IMG/VR virus record: IMGVR_UViG_3300048886_000684
Location: 1-26,436 of that record
DNA: 26,436 bases
Source: a virus
Lineage: Duplodnaviria > Caudoviricetes
Strand: one strand, 5' to 3'
The number at the start of each line of letters is the position of its first letter. Positions within the stretch are counted from its first letter, which is position 1. The notes below the pieces were generated by a model. That model searched no databases. It had not been told where the DNA came from and saw only the letters and a list, made by a program, of their open reading frames with translations. A program made the translations under genes and the position numbers. This document shows, one piece after another, positions 20,301 through 26,436 of this stretch.

Positions 20301-23300
20301 CAACTAATATTAGAACAGAAGAAGTTCAGATTTCTTTTATAGATATTGTAACTGGAAATAAAACAACTAGTAGAAGTGTACCAAGTCAACTTGCATTCAT
20401 TGCTCCAGGAGTTGCTGCATTGATTCGTCAGATTATTAACATGGATGCAGTAATCATGACTCAGACAATGAACGGAAACCCAGATATTATATTAGATGAA
20501 ACTGGTGAAAGATGGGCAGGTGACGTTGAAGTATTACCTATTCATGATGGTTACGTAGCTAGCCCAGATCAGCTATCTATACTTGGTGAAGTATACGGTA
20601 AAGGCTATCAACTCTATAATCAAAAACATAATATTATAGATGAAACCTATAAGCAGGTTTTAAAGGTTTTCAATGCAACCAGATTGAAAGATGAGCGAGA
20701 TGAACGTAATTTAAAGCTATCTAAAAAGGACCGAGCAGCTATTAAAAAAGCAGAAAAACAGACTGCTAAAGCGATAGAGTTATTGAAAATTCTTAGACCT
20801 GGAATCTCATATGAATGGAAGAATGGGGTGGAAACCACTAAATACACTCCAGCAGCACGGAAAGCTGCTGAAAAATTAAATAAATTGGTAACTGAGCATG
20901 ATCTTGATCCTGAAAAAATAAAGATGAATTTTACCAACGCTAGTAATGCTAAGAAAACCCTTACTAGAATGGATAAAATTAAAATGTCTATCTATACCAG
21001 CTCTGGTTTGAATAACAATAAGCAGAAGAAATGGGAAAGAAAAATTACATTTAATGATTTAGAAAAGAAATTTGCAAGAGTTACAGATGAGGTTAATACA
21101 GCTAGAGCTAAGCGAGACAGTATAGTATCTGAAGCAGGTACAATGAATATACAACAAATGTTCTGGCCATCTGTAAACCAGCTATTACATAAAGGTAAAA
21201 CTTGGTTTGATGCTACAGGAACAGCTATACAAGCAGCTTTTGCAAAAGGAGGTGCTCATATAAGAGTAGAAAACGAAAAGAAAAAAAGGAAGACTAAAAA
21301 TAGAAAAGGTAAAGAACGTAGAGGTGAAAAATTTAAAAAGGATCATGCTAAACAAGAAGAAATGTTTCCAGAATATACTGATTATATTAAAGACGTAAGA
21401 GAAACAACTAAAAAAGAAGTAAAAAAGAGAAGGTTACATTCTTTAGATGGACTACCTAAAGACGTAAAAGAAACAGAAGAGATGGATGATATTACTGCTA
21501 GTTCAGTTAGATTATTATTTAATAAATTTAGTGAATTCTCTTCTGGTTATTATAACAACAAAGAAGATATGGATGACCATGTATCTACATTAAGTCAAGT
21601 ACTTAATATTTTAGCTGATGGTTTTGAATCAACAAGAGGAATTCACTTAACTTGGGAACAGATTGATGGAGTTACTCAAGGAATGATGGAATATGAGCTA
21701 GACAGTACGGGTATGAAAGTTTCAACTAGTAGACAAGATACTCCTTCAACTCGTAATGGGCAATCCCCCCAGGAAATATATACTCATGAAATGGTGCATG
21801 CTATGACTGTGGTCGCCATTGATGAAGTTCCAGAAATAGCTGATCGTCTTGAAGCTTTATTCACCCAAGTTGAAGATAGCCTTAATAAAGATTTTGGAGA
21901 GGGTATGGGATGGAAAGTATTCCGTCCAAAAGGAACTAAGCCAACTGATTTAGCTTCATCAGAAGAAGTCTTTATGTCTAGAAAACTATACAGACACGCA
22001 TTTCAAACAAAAGAAGAGAATAGATTACATGAATTTTTAGCATTTGCTCTTACTAATCAACAATTAGTAAGCCATATGAAACAGCTTGACCGTACTAAAA
22101 GGACGGATTTCATTGGTCAGTTATTAGAAATTCTTAAGCTTGTTGTAAATACTGTTAAAAGTGCACTTAATTATAAAGTTTATGAAGCTAAAGATAATAC
22201 GGCATTCGCAGAAGCAATTGCAATTACGGAGCAATTGATTGCAGCTCAGAATAAACACAAGAGTAAGCATGCACAATTAGAAAGTAAAACATATAGAGCT
22301 CTGGATAAATCAGATCAAGTTATCCGGGATTTTTATGAGGGCGTAATTAAAACTATGGCAGCAAAAGTTGGAAAACATGGACCTACTCCAAAAGGTACTT
22401 CTATACCATTTAAGATTGCTACTGGATTAGTAGGCTATCCGTATATAGTTATGAGTGATGATTCTGTAGCTAAAGAGACTAGAGCTGAGATTTCGAGTGT
22501 ATTAAATTTTACATTACGCGGTATAGCTAAAGAGCTCGGTAGCGGTGCATTAGCTAATGAGGATTTAGTTGAACAAGTACTGCAATCTAAAGTTAACATA
22601 TCTAAAGAACGTAGATTAGCTGAAACATTTACTATTGATTGGTTTGAGAACATATGGAAATCAAGAGATCCTAGCGATAAACATTGGATGTCTTACCGAA
22701 CTAGAGAAGCACTTACTGACGTAGTACTAAAAGCAGACCTATCCAGTCTTCGTTTAGCTAAATCTTTAGGGTTTACTGATGATCCTAGTAGTACTCAAAA
22801 GATTTTAAATCTACTTGGCGATGATGCTTCTGCTGCGAATGAAAGAGGTATATTAAAAAGCAATATTAAGAGAATACTAAAATTGAGTGCAAATTCTGGA
22901 GCAATACGATATGCAGAAGAACTAGGAAGATTTATAGCCACTGGTAAAACTAAGGGCGGTATTTCTGATAATTATATGAATGCGTATTCTATTGCATTTG
23001 ATCATTTATCAGAAAATTTTACAGAAGAACAGGTTAATTTACTGGATGCCTTTGCTACGTTATCTGCTATAGACCATCTTGATAAAGATTCTAAGGTCGC
23101 AGTTAAAGGACTATCTGATCGTGAATTTAATGCAAATGCTAAAGAAAATGGAATGATAGATCTGCTGAGTAATCATATTAATTTTAAAATAAAATCCCGT
23201 AAAGATCTATTTGATGGTGACCCAATTCAGATGGTTAAAGGATATATTGTAGAACGTATGGATAACCTGACTGATATAAAACTTGGACCATCTTCTGATA

Positions 23301-24988
23301 AAGAGAAAGAGGACAATCTTGGGTATAGTCATCAATATCCTTTAGGTAAAATAGATGCGTCCCAGACGCATGATATGTTGTATATAAATAGAAATGTACC
23401 AGAAGTAAAAGATATATCTGGGATTATGTCTACCACTAATCAACGACATATGGGAACTACATTAACTGAAATACTAATGCGTAATCCTTCATATATAAAT
23501 TCTAAAACAGGTAAACCTGACTTTGCTCTAATAAAATCTAAAATTGAAGGTTTTAAAAAAATGCAAGGAAAGTTAGCTAAAGAATTTAAAATAGACGATA
23601 GATTTGCGTTTCGCCCTGTTCGTGATAGCAATAATGTTATTACTGATTATCGTGCAATGATGGACCATCAGTCTGTTAAAGAAATGCTACGTCCAGATTC
23701 AGAAATACAAAATGTATTTGCACATATGGAATCTTCGTATACTGATCGTAAAGCTACAATCGAGAATGATAAACAAACTGTAAATATTTTAATTCATGAG
23801 CAGCTAGATCTACTTGAAGCTCATCCAGATGAATTTGTTGACATATTAGACCCAACACTTCCATATATTGATCGATACAGGCAACTTCCTCAACCTATTC
23901 GAGAATACATACAGGATTTTGCTTTAGATGGAAAGTTTATGGTTAGAGAAGATATTATTGATAAAGTATTCGGGTATAAACAACTTGATATTACTCAAAT
24001 GAAATTATTTGCTGGTGAGGGCTTTCTTACACAACGAGCTAAACAAATAGCAGGATTAGTTCATTATGGTACTCGAGAAACAGTAGGTTATGGTAAGAAC
24101 AGAATAGTTTTAGCTATGCCTGCAGTAGTCTTTGGTAATATGCGTTCTAACATTTTTCAATTGTTAATGAGAAAAATTCCTATGTCGTATATTTACAATA
24201 AAACGATAGAAGGAATTAATGAATATAGTAAGTACCGCAGAGATAATATAGAACGTGCAAAATTAGTGCATCTTATAGAAACCAGAAATTTAAATAAAGA
24301 AACAAGTCAGGAAGCACTTAAAGTAAAAAGACTGGATGTACGAATAGAACGTAACAGAATCCATAAAATGAGTGAGGCAGGAGTAGATTCATTAATCGTA
24401 GAAGATCTTAATGAAGCACAAATTGATGGATACTGGAATCGTATGAAACGTACATTGTTTAAAGGAAAGTATGAAGAGTATGGCAAACTAGTTCCTCAAT
24501 CTTTACAGACATTAGCATCATGGGCATTTTGGACTAAAGGAAGTGCTCCATACCAGGCATCTCGACAAGTAGTTCAAATGACAGATTTTATAGGTAGATA
24601 TGTAATGATCGAGCATGCAATGAATGTAAAAGGACAAGAATTTAAACCAGCTCTGCATGATTCACTTAATGCATTTGTATTATTTGATGAATCTATGATT
24701 GCTGCTTTGGAAGCATTAGATGTTATTGGAGTTACAGCATTTCTTTCTTACTATCTACGTAATACAAGGTCAGCTAAACAAATGGTACAGACTAGTCCTA
24801 CAGCTGTAGGTATATCTGCTATGATTCAGCATGCTACCGGTGTTCCAACACTAGGTAACATAAATAGTTCCTGGTTAGGTGGGCAGTTTACACCTAACCT
24901 ATGGCAAACTGATAATTTATTTGATGAAGCTAATAATTTAAGTGCCTGGGAAATCGGGAAAGATATTAAAGGATACCTTATAAACTAA
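11312..24988 (+). CDS. Virion-encapsidated RNA polymerase (N4 gp50/vRNAP-like), 4558-aa multidomain protein
   Basis: Single-subunit RNAP motifs in order: HRLMQLGRINPQQSKVTR (~18479-18532), motif A EIDGISNG (19007-19030), motif B R-x3-K-x7-YG as RDVAKYPFIMSMYGSG (19352-19399), motif C IHDG (20540-20551). Also HEMVH (21785-21799), giant size, no Cys seen, and N4-like synteny. Confidence 0.93.
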   Translation: MAKLKNPELTRAFINGNGNGNGNKGNINSENIDTSLLYNRSPNPGIQEETFNEDVVLAQRGYKGPFDPRLPSVNLPNVSAESIAKDVLQAKKTFGNNRVQTQKIDAFKRALGIKNGSIPPIPTDTPKESFGFIGDTDTPAGRKSTPPSQPSSNPINVLKNEVSEFMDRTGVAIADFNAVEFVKSIAEKYPSLGIEYRPDEPDNSEGNIKAIESFIKQYGPPLGISLDPPPSLAPSAKQGFASTEDKDDTPPDLSLFTEQEQAAFKLGAKAGEQLSEIDIDPGKEWNTLWDTIFQADEPLLRGLGKGVDSLKTLATKFMKHENITGVSINEALTHIKKNYNKFIEWANDTSLNEEQQRILAIKAEKDKADRIAYQEREINLPSPDIPALENPIGSLLDSIQIAEGPDAIVPFGQTWNDDFKRRIALGETISIAEAKEATIKYLRRHIQRWQAGGTRKDVDKAEERGLIGANPNKTPAIQDGKWNLDFLKWFAEIYAPTHPSVYDDLSDAEKAKNKNWLNNVINNLDPTTTPSEQIEEQPVQKSFKSVIGAGVSSRFKQRIMGAKIDPKFKLKIDNLSKEPSFNEGPSAIISIDGHVVRYDNGTFGAIMPTHEIVGNLSESSAHFHAAAAWRESQVLAQGGAKYNTAGDIANFIIGHGPRPLETAQKMFVGNTTLVGKIGEYNRLLQSQKHLYHNIRFPQGEERNITREDVSNYRIIQESIAASTPLSQELQKFKNGDKYTVIAQLDKDAKENTEQLESIEKFWEGYRKHFPTNDAPYRGADAAFDIISKNEGLLAATMYALKNHKGKYAKEGLKSVGYTIALTVGNVPVQLGVLTALVQGTQEEAIKEWVDNNPDKELTPEILDRIEWWTTWSVVAEKISAGYLMKVIGKVPGVGQLPWIAGVGEKLALTVPNSVRSLVSLSAGALGEGGQGFISEATSQIAQEGELTSADKLAKATISELLGVATIAPTVAAIGVTTKVGGAVVGKMTEPTTAEKAATQEKQERENLEANIKNYDEQLEKIEIQKKASPENSLKLETLNTQLDDLNAAKAEIEDTLKETTTLPKHFAKLETKNTLLKKLFKQYESRIKNGDLTVEQALEEIESIVEAQITTKTEEKVAVEKQLPEQFKFGDTYASTPTHAELAGVNAALKSVNVDRDTAIKAIEKAVHKDLTKEKKKELIEEAKQRAKDQIAALTKRQQELTALLEQPANKDILKAHEKVLRQRKKTDETKIKNQSYRRDPSSGKLVDKDQASADAKSIVISKLSDGEVEARITMIMETRKQATKDRETMPVDEKFRIGDIVTILDTEDPALKDSQGFIIEEVFGIQERDGKRHVKLKGVDETIPIDQIGLATRPDISKGYTGQLAELVAQDLTDEQKILVRKFFDTEIEALKTLLGKSKRVLGSSEDSFTETDKLEVEALEKRVAALEENATATEADRKFWKDLLEQKRIQRKRAGKNETIDKTLSDVHGEILEGTEAKWKGLYSYYQDIVKAYEDYKDDTDVRDQRIAVIRSHMETHAANLNDKLAAFQVAKGLSLKPGTVAAVVGTRISDTSRKMNYEVVTDSVKAIEEAQKNGEYKGKRAYITRIDDKSTNLINTLEKEANYGNFIMGVVRGYEKTSMARKYENQAFILEENEKVLKKLEEVRNILGRPIVPITPESIASMTIDRSGKTPISVLKTQLDQVLERGTKLSKKEERTEDEENELKELRTRYLELVAQIKKQEEEADKKPEQLDLFPEGTLPKGTTPVSDEAPESPPPVTKPPGKDEKGYQEEFDFDEESEPDTTLFRKGEQLKLFPNFIEGAAKAYKRVITPELIAKLKDAAGNLTNQLGLAGAYFIDLVQVGAKNQGLDEAHINTLQHTDFDTEEALTTALMKLGVTEASAEGLAANYTHFKKRYENILYKELARTDIVEWLIDGVIQTSKNNDQIKKDGPFEIDEDYLHVDLVEKEDGTFTYTYATKGKHTKLIGIDKPVLTSQLLNAKNFALQEPLSILLQEDLDNKNNQGKLPDQIVFTLMLTAMTFRQQHPNNNRWGDQEFGKGAFLYKGRSQKLTTVEDDQVSGLGYGYHDVSGDMGRDAIKLLELSAKKINKEKLQKKEDKYNRLLEKASKITEEKELKEAEAEARKYKLTAEESRILNSPLTQAGIDLYFEQLGPALGMMAIEIAQGTVDDNGAYFRVEKHEWDFEDYREDRTFNNAPTRHPISSNPEIRKKYPEGRPIPEEEQKRYKHIKVKEGSRISEAGNIALNEIVKVTGTDINTSPGPLQTPAKVAKRIKGTFTSVGEEVNRLLKKAQKVVWKKSQSMDIVDDIREHESVLHELMGVEELYKKDAEGEYILNEKGEKVGKFHEVEMKSRESSNRDKLDTLEELLAANDRKELNAFYIAYQLQNHHRLMQLGRINPQQSKVTRALVNAWKSRQYSKKNLHNFKLGVAQSFSVKVTKQELLDSEREFDEIIKNPYILEAVEALQRINAAKELIKADANDKKAIKSKKRAAEDFAIAISKVKRETAFKEANLTILNGIAALSQYMTVEAIVKTKAGLPNKQFKKKNNFKIAKINSTFTSDISGEIDGISNGWAQNVYQFPMWEEAELIKRNKQVGNNFNGEAHDPTQPGVYEDLIKYIQEGMSAEVAWEWHKDNNWKEDFPTERVGKYSNEDTFKAKYNELNTALNIVYPDFTISESLRDVAKYPFIMSMYGSGMTRIANDVSKDIVKAIYTRVGTIQNEYESFKDTKYISGTGLSADRKEYLKGYDVLTKEDYERKVIIPFMNSLKVLGAFDQTKTRSKSKRPVNYDTFLSALKSGNAFDKYFDQQQLMARLSTTIAPRFNSGLNKLLGPTKEPRDTIVEMGEMLHWTFMTHYEEAYEKKLAEVNEEYTPDKTVVNVTHKNRTWIVSKKPDGTFDISSTKPDGTVDKKVTWVATNRDRIAINKEAEKEFSKQKPKLRTILTKQELYDLITEATGELVKLYPQIAGPLSKIGENGEILGGIDLSATEFATQSKDSTNIRTEEVQISFIDIVTGNKTTSRSVPSQLAFIAPGVAALIRQIINMDAVIMTQTMNGNPDIILDETGERWAGDVEVLPIHDGYVASPDQLSILGEVYGKGYQLYNQKHNIIDETYKQVLKVFNATRLKDERDERNLKLSKKDRAAIKKAEKQTAKAIELLKILRPGISYEWKNGVETTKYTPAARKAAEKLNKLVTEHDLDPEKIKMNFTNASNAKKTLTRMDKIKMSIYTSSGLNNNKQKKWERKITFNDLEKKFARVTDEVNTARAKRDSIVSEAGTMNIQQMFWPSVNQLLHKGKTWFDATGTAIQAAFAKGGAHIRVENEKKKRKTKNRKGKERRGEKFKKDHAKQEEMFPEYTDYIKDVRETTKKEVKKRRLHSLDGLPKDVKETEEMDDITASSVRLLFNKFSEFSSGYYNNKEDMDDHVSTLSQVLNILADGFESTRGIHLTWEQIDGVTQGMMEYELDSTGMKVSTSRQDTPSTRNGQSPQEIYTHEMVHAMTVVAIDEVPEIADRLEALFTQVEDSLNKDFGEGMGWKVFRPKGTKPTDLASSEEVFMSRKLYRHAFQTKEENRLHEFLAFALTNQQLVSHMKQLDRTKRTDFIGQLLEILKLVVNTVKSALNYKVYEAKDNTAFAEAIAITEQLIAAQNKHKSKHAQLESKTYRALDKSDQVIRDFYEGVIKTMAAKVGKHGPTPKGTSIPFKIATGLVGYPYIVMSDDSVAKETRAEISSVLNFTLRGIAKELGSGALANEDLVEQVLQSKVNISKERRLAETFTIDWFENIWKSRDPSDKHWMSYRTREALTDVVLKADLSSLRLAKSLGFTDDPSSTQKILNLLGDDASAANERGILKSNIKRILKLSANSGAIRYAEELGRFIATGKTKGGISDNYMNAYSIAFDHLSENFTEEQVNLLDAFATLSAIDHLDKDSKVAVKGLSDREFNANAKENGMIDLLSNHINFKIKSRKDLFDGDPIQMVKGYIVERMDNLTDIKLGPSSDKEKEDNLGYSHQYPLGKIDASQTHDMLYINRNVPEVKDISGIMSTTNQRHMGTTLTEILMRNPSYINSKTGKPDFALIKSKIEGFKKMQGKLAKEFKIDDRFAFRPVRDSNNVITDYRAMMDHQSVKEMLRPDSEIQNVFAHMESSYTDRKATIENDKQTVNILIHEQLDLLEAHPDEFVDILDPTLPYIDRYRQLPQPIREYIQDFALDGKFMVREDIIDKVFGYKQLDITQMKLFAGEGFLTQRAKQIAGLVHYGTRETVGYGKNRIVLAMPAVVFGNMRSNIFQLLMRKIPMSYIYNKTIEGINEYSKYRRDNIERAKLVHLIETRNLNKETSQEALKVKRLDVRIERNRIHKMSEAGVDSLIVEDLNEAQIDGYWNRMKRTLFKGKYEEYGKLVPQSLQTLASWAFWTKGSAPYQASRQVVQMTDFIGRYVMIEHAMNVKGQEFKPALHDSLNAFVLFDESMIAALEALDVIGVTAFLSYYLRNTRSAKQMVQTSPTAVGISAMIQHATGVPTLGNINSSWLGGQFTPNLWQTDNLFDEANNLSAWEIGKDIKGYLIN
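11354..11380 (+). repeat. (AATGGT)x4.5 in-frame tandem repeat encoding NGNGNGNGN
   Basis: Read directly: aatggt aatggt aatggt aatggt aat. Confidence 0.9.
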
Positions 24989-25137
24989 TTTCGATAAGGA
25001 TCTGTAAATAGTACCTTGTAAAACGCAAATAGTACTAGCCCTCCTATTACTATAATAGCTACCGGTAGTAACAGTATACTGGCAAGAACTGCTATAATTG
25101 TTAGCATAGCGTAAAATATACTCTTCAAATTTGTCAT
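24985..25137 (-). CDS. 50-aa hydrophobic membrane protein (absent from the ORF track)
   Basis: Manual translation MTNLKSIFYAMLTIIAVLASILLLPVAIIVIGGLVLFAFYKVLFTDPYRN*. ATGA overlap with the stop of the 146-aa ORF; fills the gap exactly; its TAG overlaps the vRNAP TAA. Confidence 0.8.
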   Translation of the reverse strand: MTNLKSIFYAMLTIIAVLASILLLPVAIIVIGGLVLFAFYKVLFTDPYRN

Positions 25138-25574
25138 GAGAACAGAGAATCCATACTAGCTAGATCTTCAGTCTTTGGAATTTCAGCTTCTTTTTTATTC
25201 TCTGTCTTCTCTTCTTCGGCTAGTTCTTTAGAAGCTGCAGCCATACCTTCAGCAGTCATAGTATCTATACGAACTTTCTTAATAGTTGCTTCTTTAACCT
25301 GATTCTCTGTAGTTGTATCTATCTCAACTAGTGCTTTAGCCTCACCTTTTTCTTCTGGAGTTAGTCTACGACCCTTCTCTTTTTCTAGATCATGTAGAGC
25401 CATTTCCTCTGGAGTACGTCTTCTTCCATTCCTACGGCTAAATTCCCATTTAGATCTACTATTAGTAGTAGCTTCTATAGGAACAGGAGTTGTATCTTCT
25501 GTGTGAAAATATTGTTTTTTCTTAAGTGCTTCTATTACTATAGATTCAATATCTACATCTATTTCTATCTTCAT
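25134..25574 (-). CDS. Hypothetical protein of the N4-like replication module
   Basis: 146 aa; ATGA overlap with the RuvC-like stop; AAGGAGA SD; short N-terminal strand-helix, charged tail ending DSLFS; internal repeat GRRRTPEE/GRRLTPEE. Confidence 0.75.
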   Translation of the reverse strand: MKIEIDVDIESIVIEALKKKQYFHTEDTTPVPIEATTNSRSKWEFSRRNGRRRTPEEMALHDLEKEKGRRLTPEEKGEAKALVEIDTTTENQVKEATIKKVRIDTMTAEGMAAASKELAEEEKTENKKEAEIPKTEDLASMDSLFS

Positions 25575-26038
25575 ACTTTCTCCTTATAATGGAGTCCATA
25601 ATAGGCAATCATTAAAGCATCTGATCTCCCATCAAGTAAGCCTCCTTGTTTACCATGTAGTTCAGCTTGTAGATACAAGTACTGAGCTATCTTAGCTACT
25701 TGTTTTTTTATAGCTTTACCTTTAGCAGTTACACCTATGTATTTTTGCCAAACTTGAGCAACTACTAATTTAGCTTCTTGACCATGTGTAGCAATTTCAG
25801 CAATAGCATGAGCTTTACCAACACCACGACCCATGCCAAAATTAGATTTAGCAGTCATACCAGGAAATCCATGAATATTTTCTATCCAGACTATATCTGG
25901 TTTCTGGGCATGAAGCCATTGAGATGCGTCAAACGTAGTAGTCTTAGCTAGGTCTAACAGAGCAACGTGTGCTGGATCATGGCTATCCAACACACATATT
26001 GCTCCAGTAGCCCCTGGGTCAATCCCACAGACTCTCAT
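25571..26038 (-). CDS. RuvC-like Holliday junction resolvase (RNase H fold)
   Basis: Catalytic-type motifs GIDPG, VWIEN, a SNFGMGRGVG helix, W-x-K and DGRSDALMIA; TAATG coupling to SSB. Confidence 0.88.
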   Translation of the reverse strand: MRVCGIDPGATGAICVLDSHDPAHVALLDLAKTTTFDASQWLHAQKPDIVWIENIHGFPGMTAKSNFGMGRGVGKAHAIAEIATHGQEAKLVVAQVWQKYIGVTAKGKAIKKQVAKIAQYLYLQAELHGKQGGLLDGRSDALMIAYYGLHYKEKV

Positions 26039-26436
26039 TAGATCGGAGGGTCTGTTTGAAACAATGAACCTGTATCTGCAGATGCACTACCCATAATATC
26101 AGCAGCAGAATTGTTACCCTTTTTTACAGTAGATTTATCGATAACTGTACCCGTATTCTTCTGGGCCCATTTATCAAATCTAGCAGCAGGTTCTTTATTG
26201 GTAATTTCTTCAGCAGTCTTACCTTCGGCATTACCAAAGAACTTACACTGGTTTACAGTACGAGATGCACCAGTTGGTACATATTCGCCTTTGTCGTTCT
26301 TAGCTTGTTTGTCTTCAATAACTTGATGAACAGCTACTTTAACAGGTTTACCAACCAAGCTCATTATTACTGGACGTTCTGTAGGTGCCTCCTTTTTTAA
26401 TTCAGGATTCCATACATTTACTTGCTTCTTTTCTGC
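26038..26436 (-). CDS. N4-type single-stranded DNA-binding protein (gp45-like), C-terminal part (5'-truncated)
   Basis: The frame is open to the window edge: AEKKQVNVWNPELKKEAPTERPVIMSLVGKPV...DKQAKNDKGEYVPTGASRTVNQCKFF...W..KN.G...D...GSLF. This matches N4-like SSBs as I recall them; adjacent to the RuvC-like gene. Confidence 0.85.
   Translation of the reverse strand, partial: AEKKQVNVWNPELKKEAPTERPVIMSLVGKPVKVAVHQVIEDKQAKNDKGEYVPTGASRTVNQCKFFGNAEGKTAEEITNKEPAARFDKWAQKNTGTVIDKSTVKKGNNSAADIMGSASADTGSLFQTDPPI

Noticed and set aside
21275-21340. NLS-like basic patch KKKRKTKNRKGKERR
   Set aside because: The context is a bacteriophage; it is more simply a basic, possibly DNA-contacting linker.
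395-23631. Numerous antisense and alternate-frame ORFs in the track (e.g. 395-676, 2190-2504, 10199-10711, 11755-12264, 16360-16737, 16413-16694)
   Set aside because: They overlap well-supported genes, show the Ser/Leu/Phe-rich composition expected of shadow frames, and have no recognisable motifs.
23996-24010. QMKLF as a further clamp-binding motif
   Set aside because: It lies in an apparently folded C-terminal region rather than a linker, so it is likely coincidental.
11312-24988. Intein or intron explaining the vRNAP size
   Set aside because: The frame is uninterrupted, no Cys was seen, and I recognised no intein splice or homing-endonuclease motifs. The extra length appears dispersed.
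26111-26326. 71-aa + strand ORF
   Set aside because: It is an antisense shadow of the SSB gene.
1-26436. Stop-codon recoding, CRISPR array, tRNA, diversity-generating retroelement or other mobile element
   Set aside because: TAA, TAG and TGA all end genes with tight tiling under the standard code. I saw no repeat-spacer array, cloverleaf, reverse transcriptase, integrase or transposase.

Overview
AT-rich fragment of an N4-like podovirus genome (Schitoviridae-like), covering the late/virion module and the edge of the oppositely oriented replication module. On the + strand, in N4 gene order: portal (5'-truncated), gp58-like, gp57-like, major capsid, two extra small Lys/Arg-rich ORFs, gp55-like, gp54-like, gp53-like, then three apparently cysteine-free putative ejection proteins. 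The last is a 4558-aa virion RNA polymerase (vRNAP), about 1000 aa longer than N4's ~3500 aa. Besides polymerase motifs A/B/C it appears to carry a lysozyme-like domain, membrane-like segments, a KOW/SH3-like insert, repeated QLxLF (beta-clamp-binding-like) motifs and a HExxH zincin-like domain. On the - strand: N4-type SSB (5'-truncated), a RuvC-like resolvase, a hypothetical protein and a 50-aa membrane protein missed by the ORF track. Family assignments rest on remembered motifs and synteny, not on database searches.
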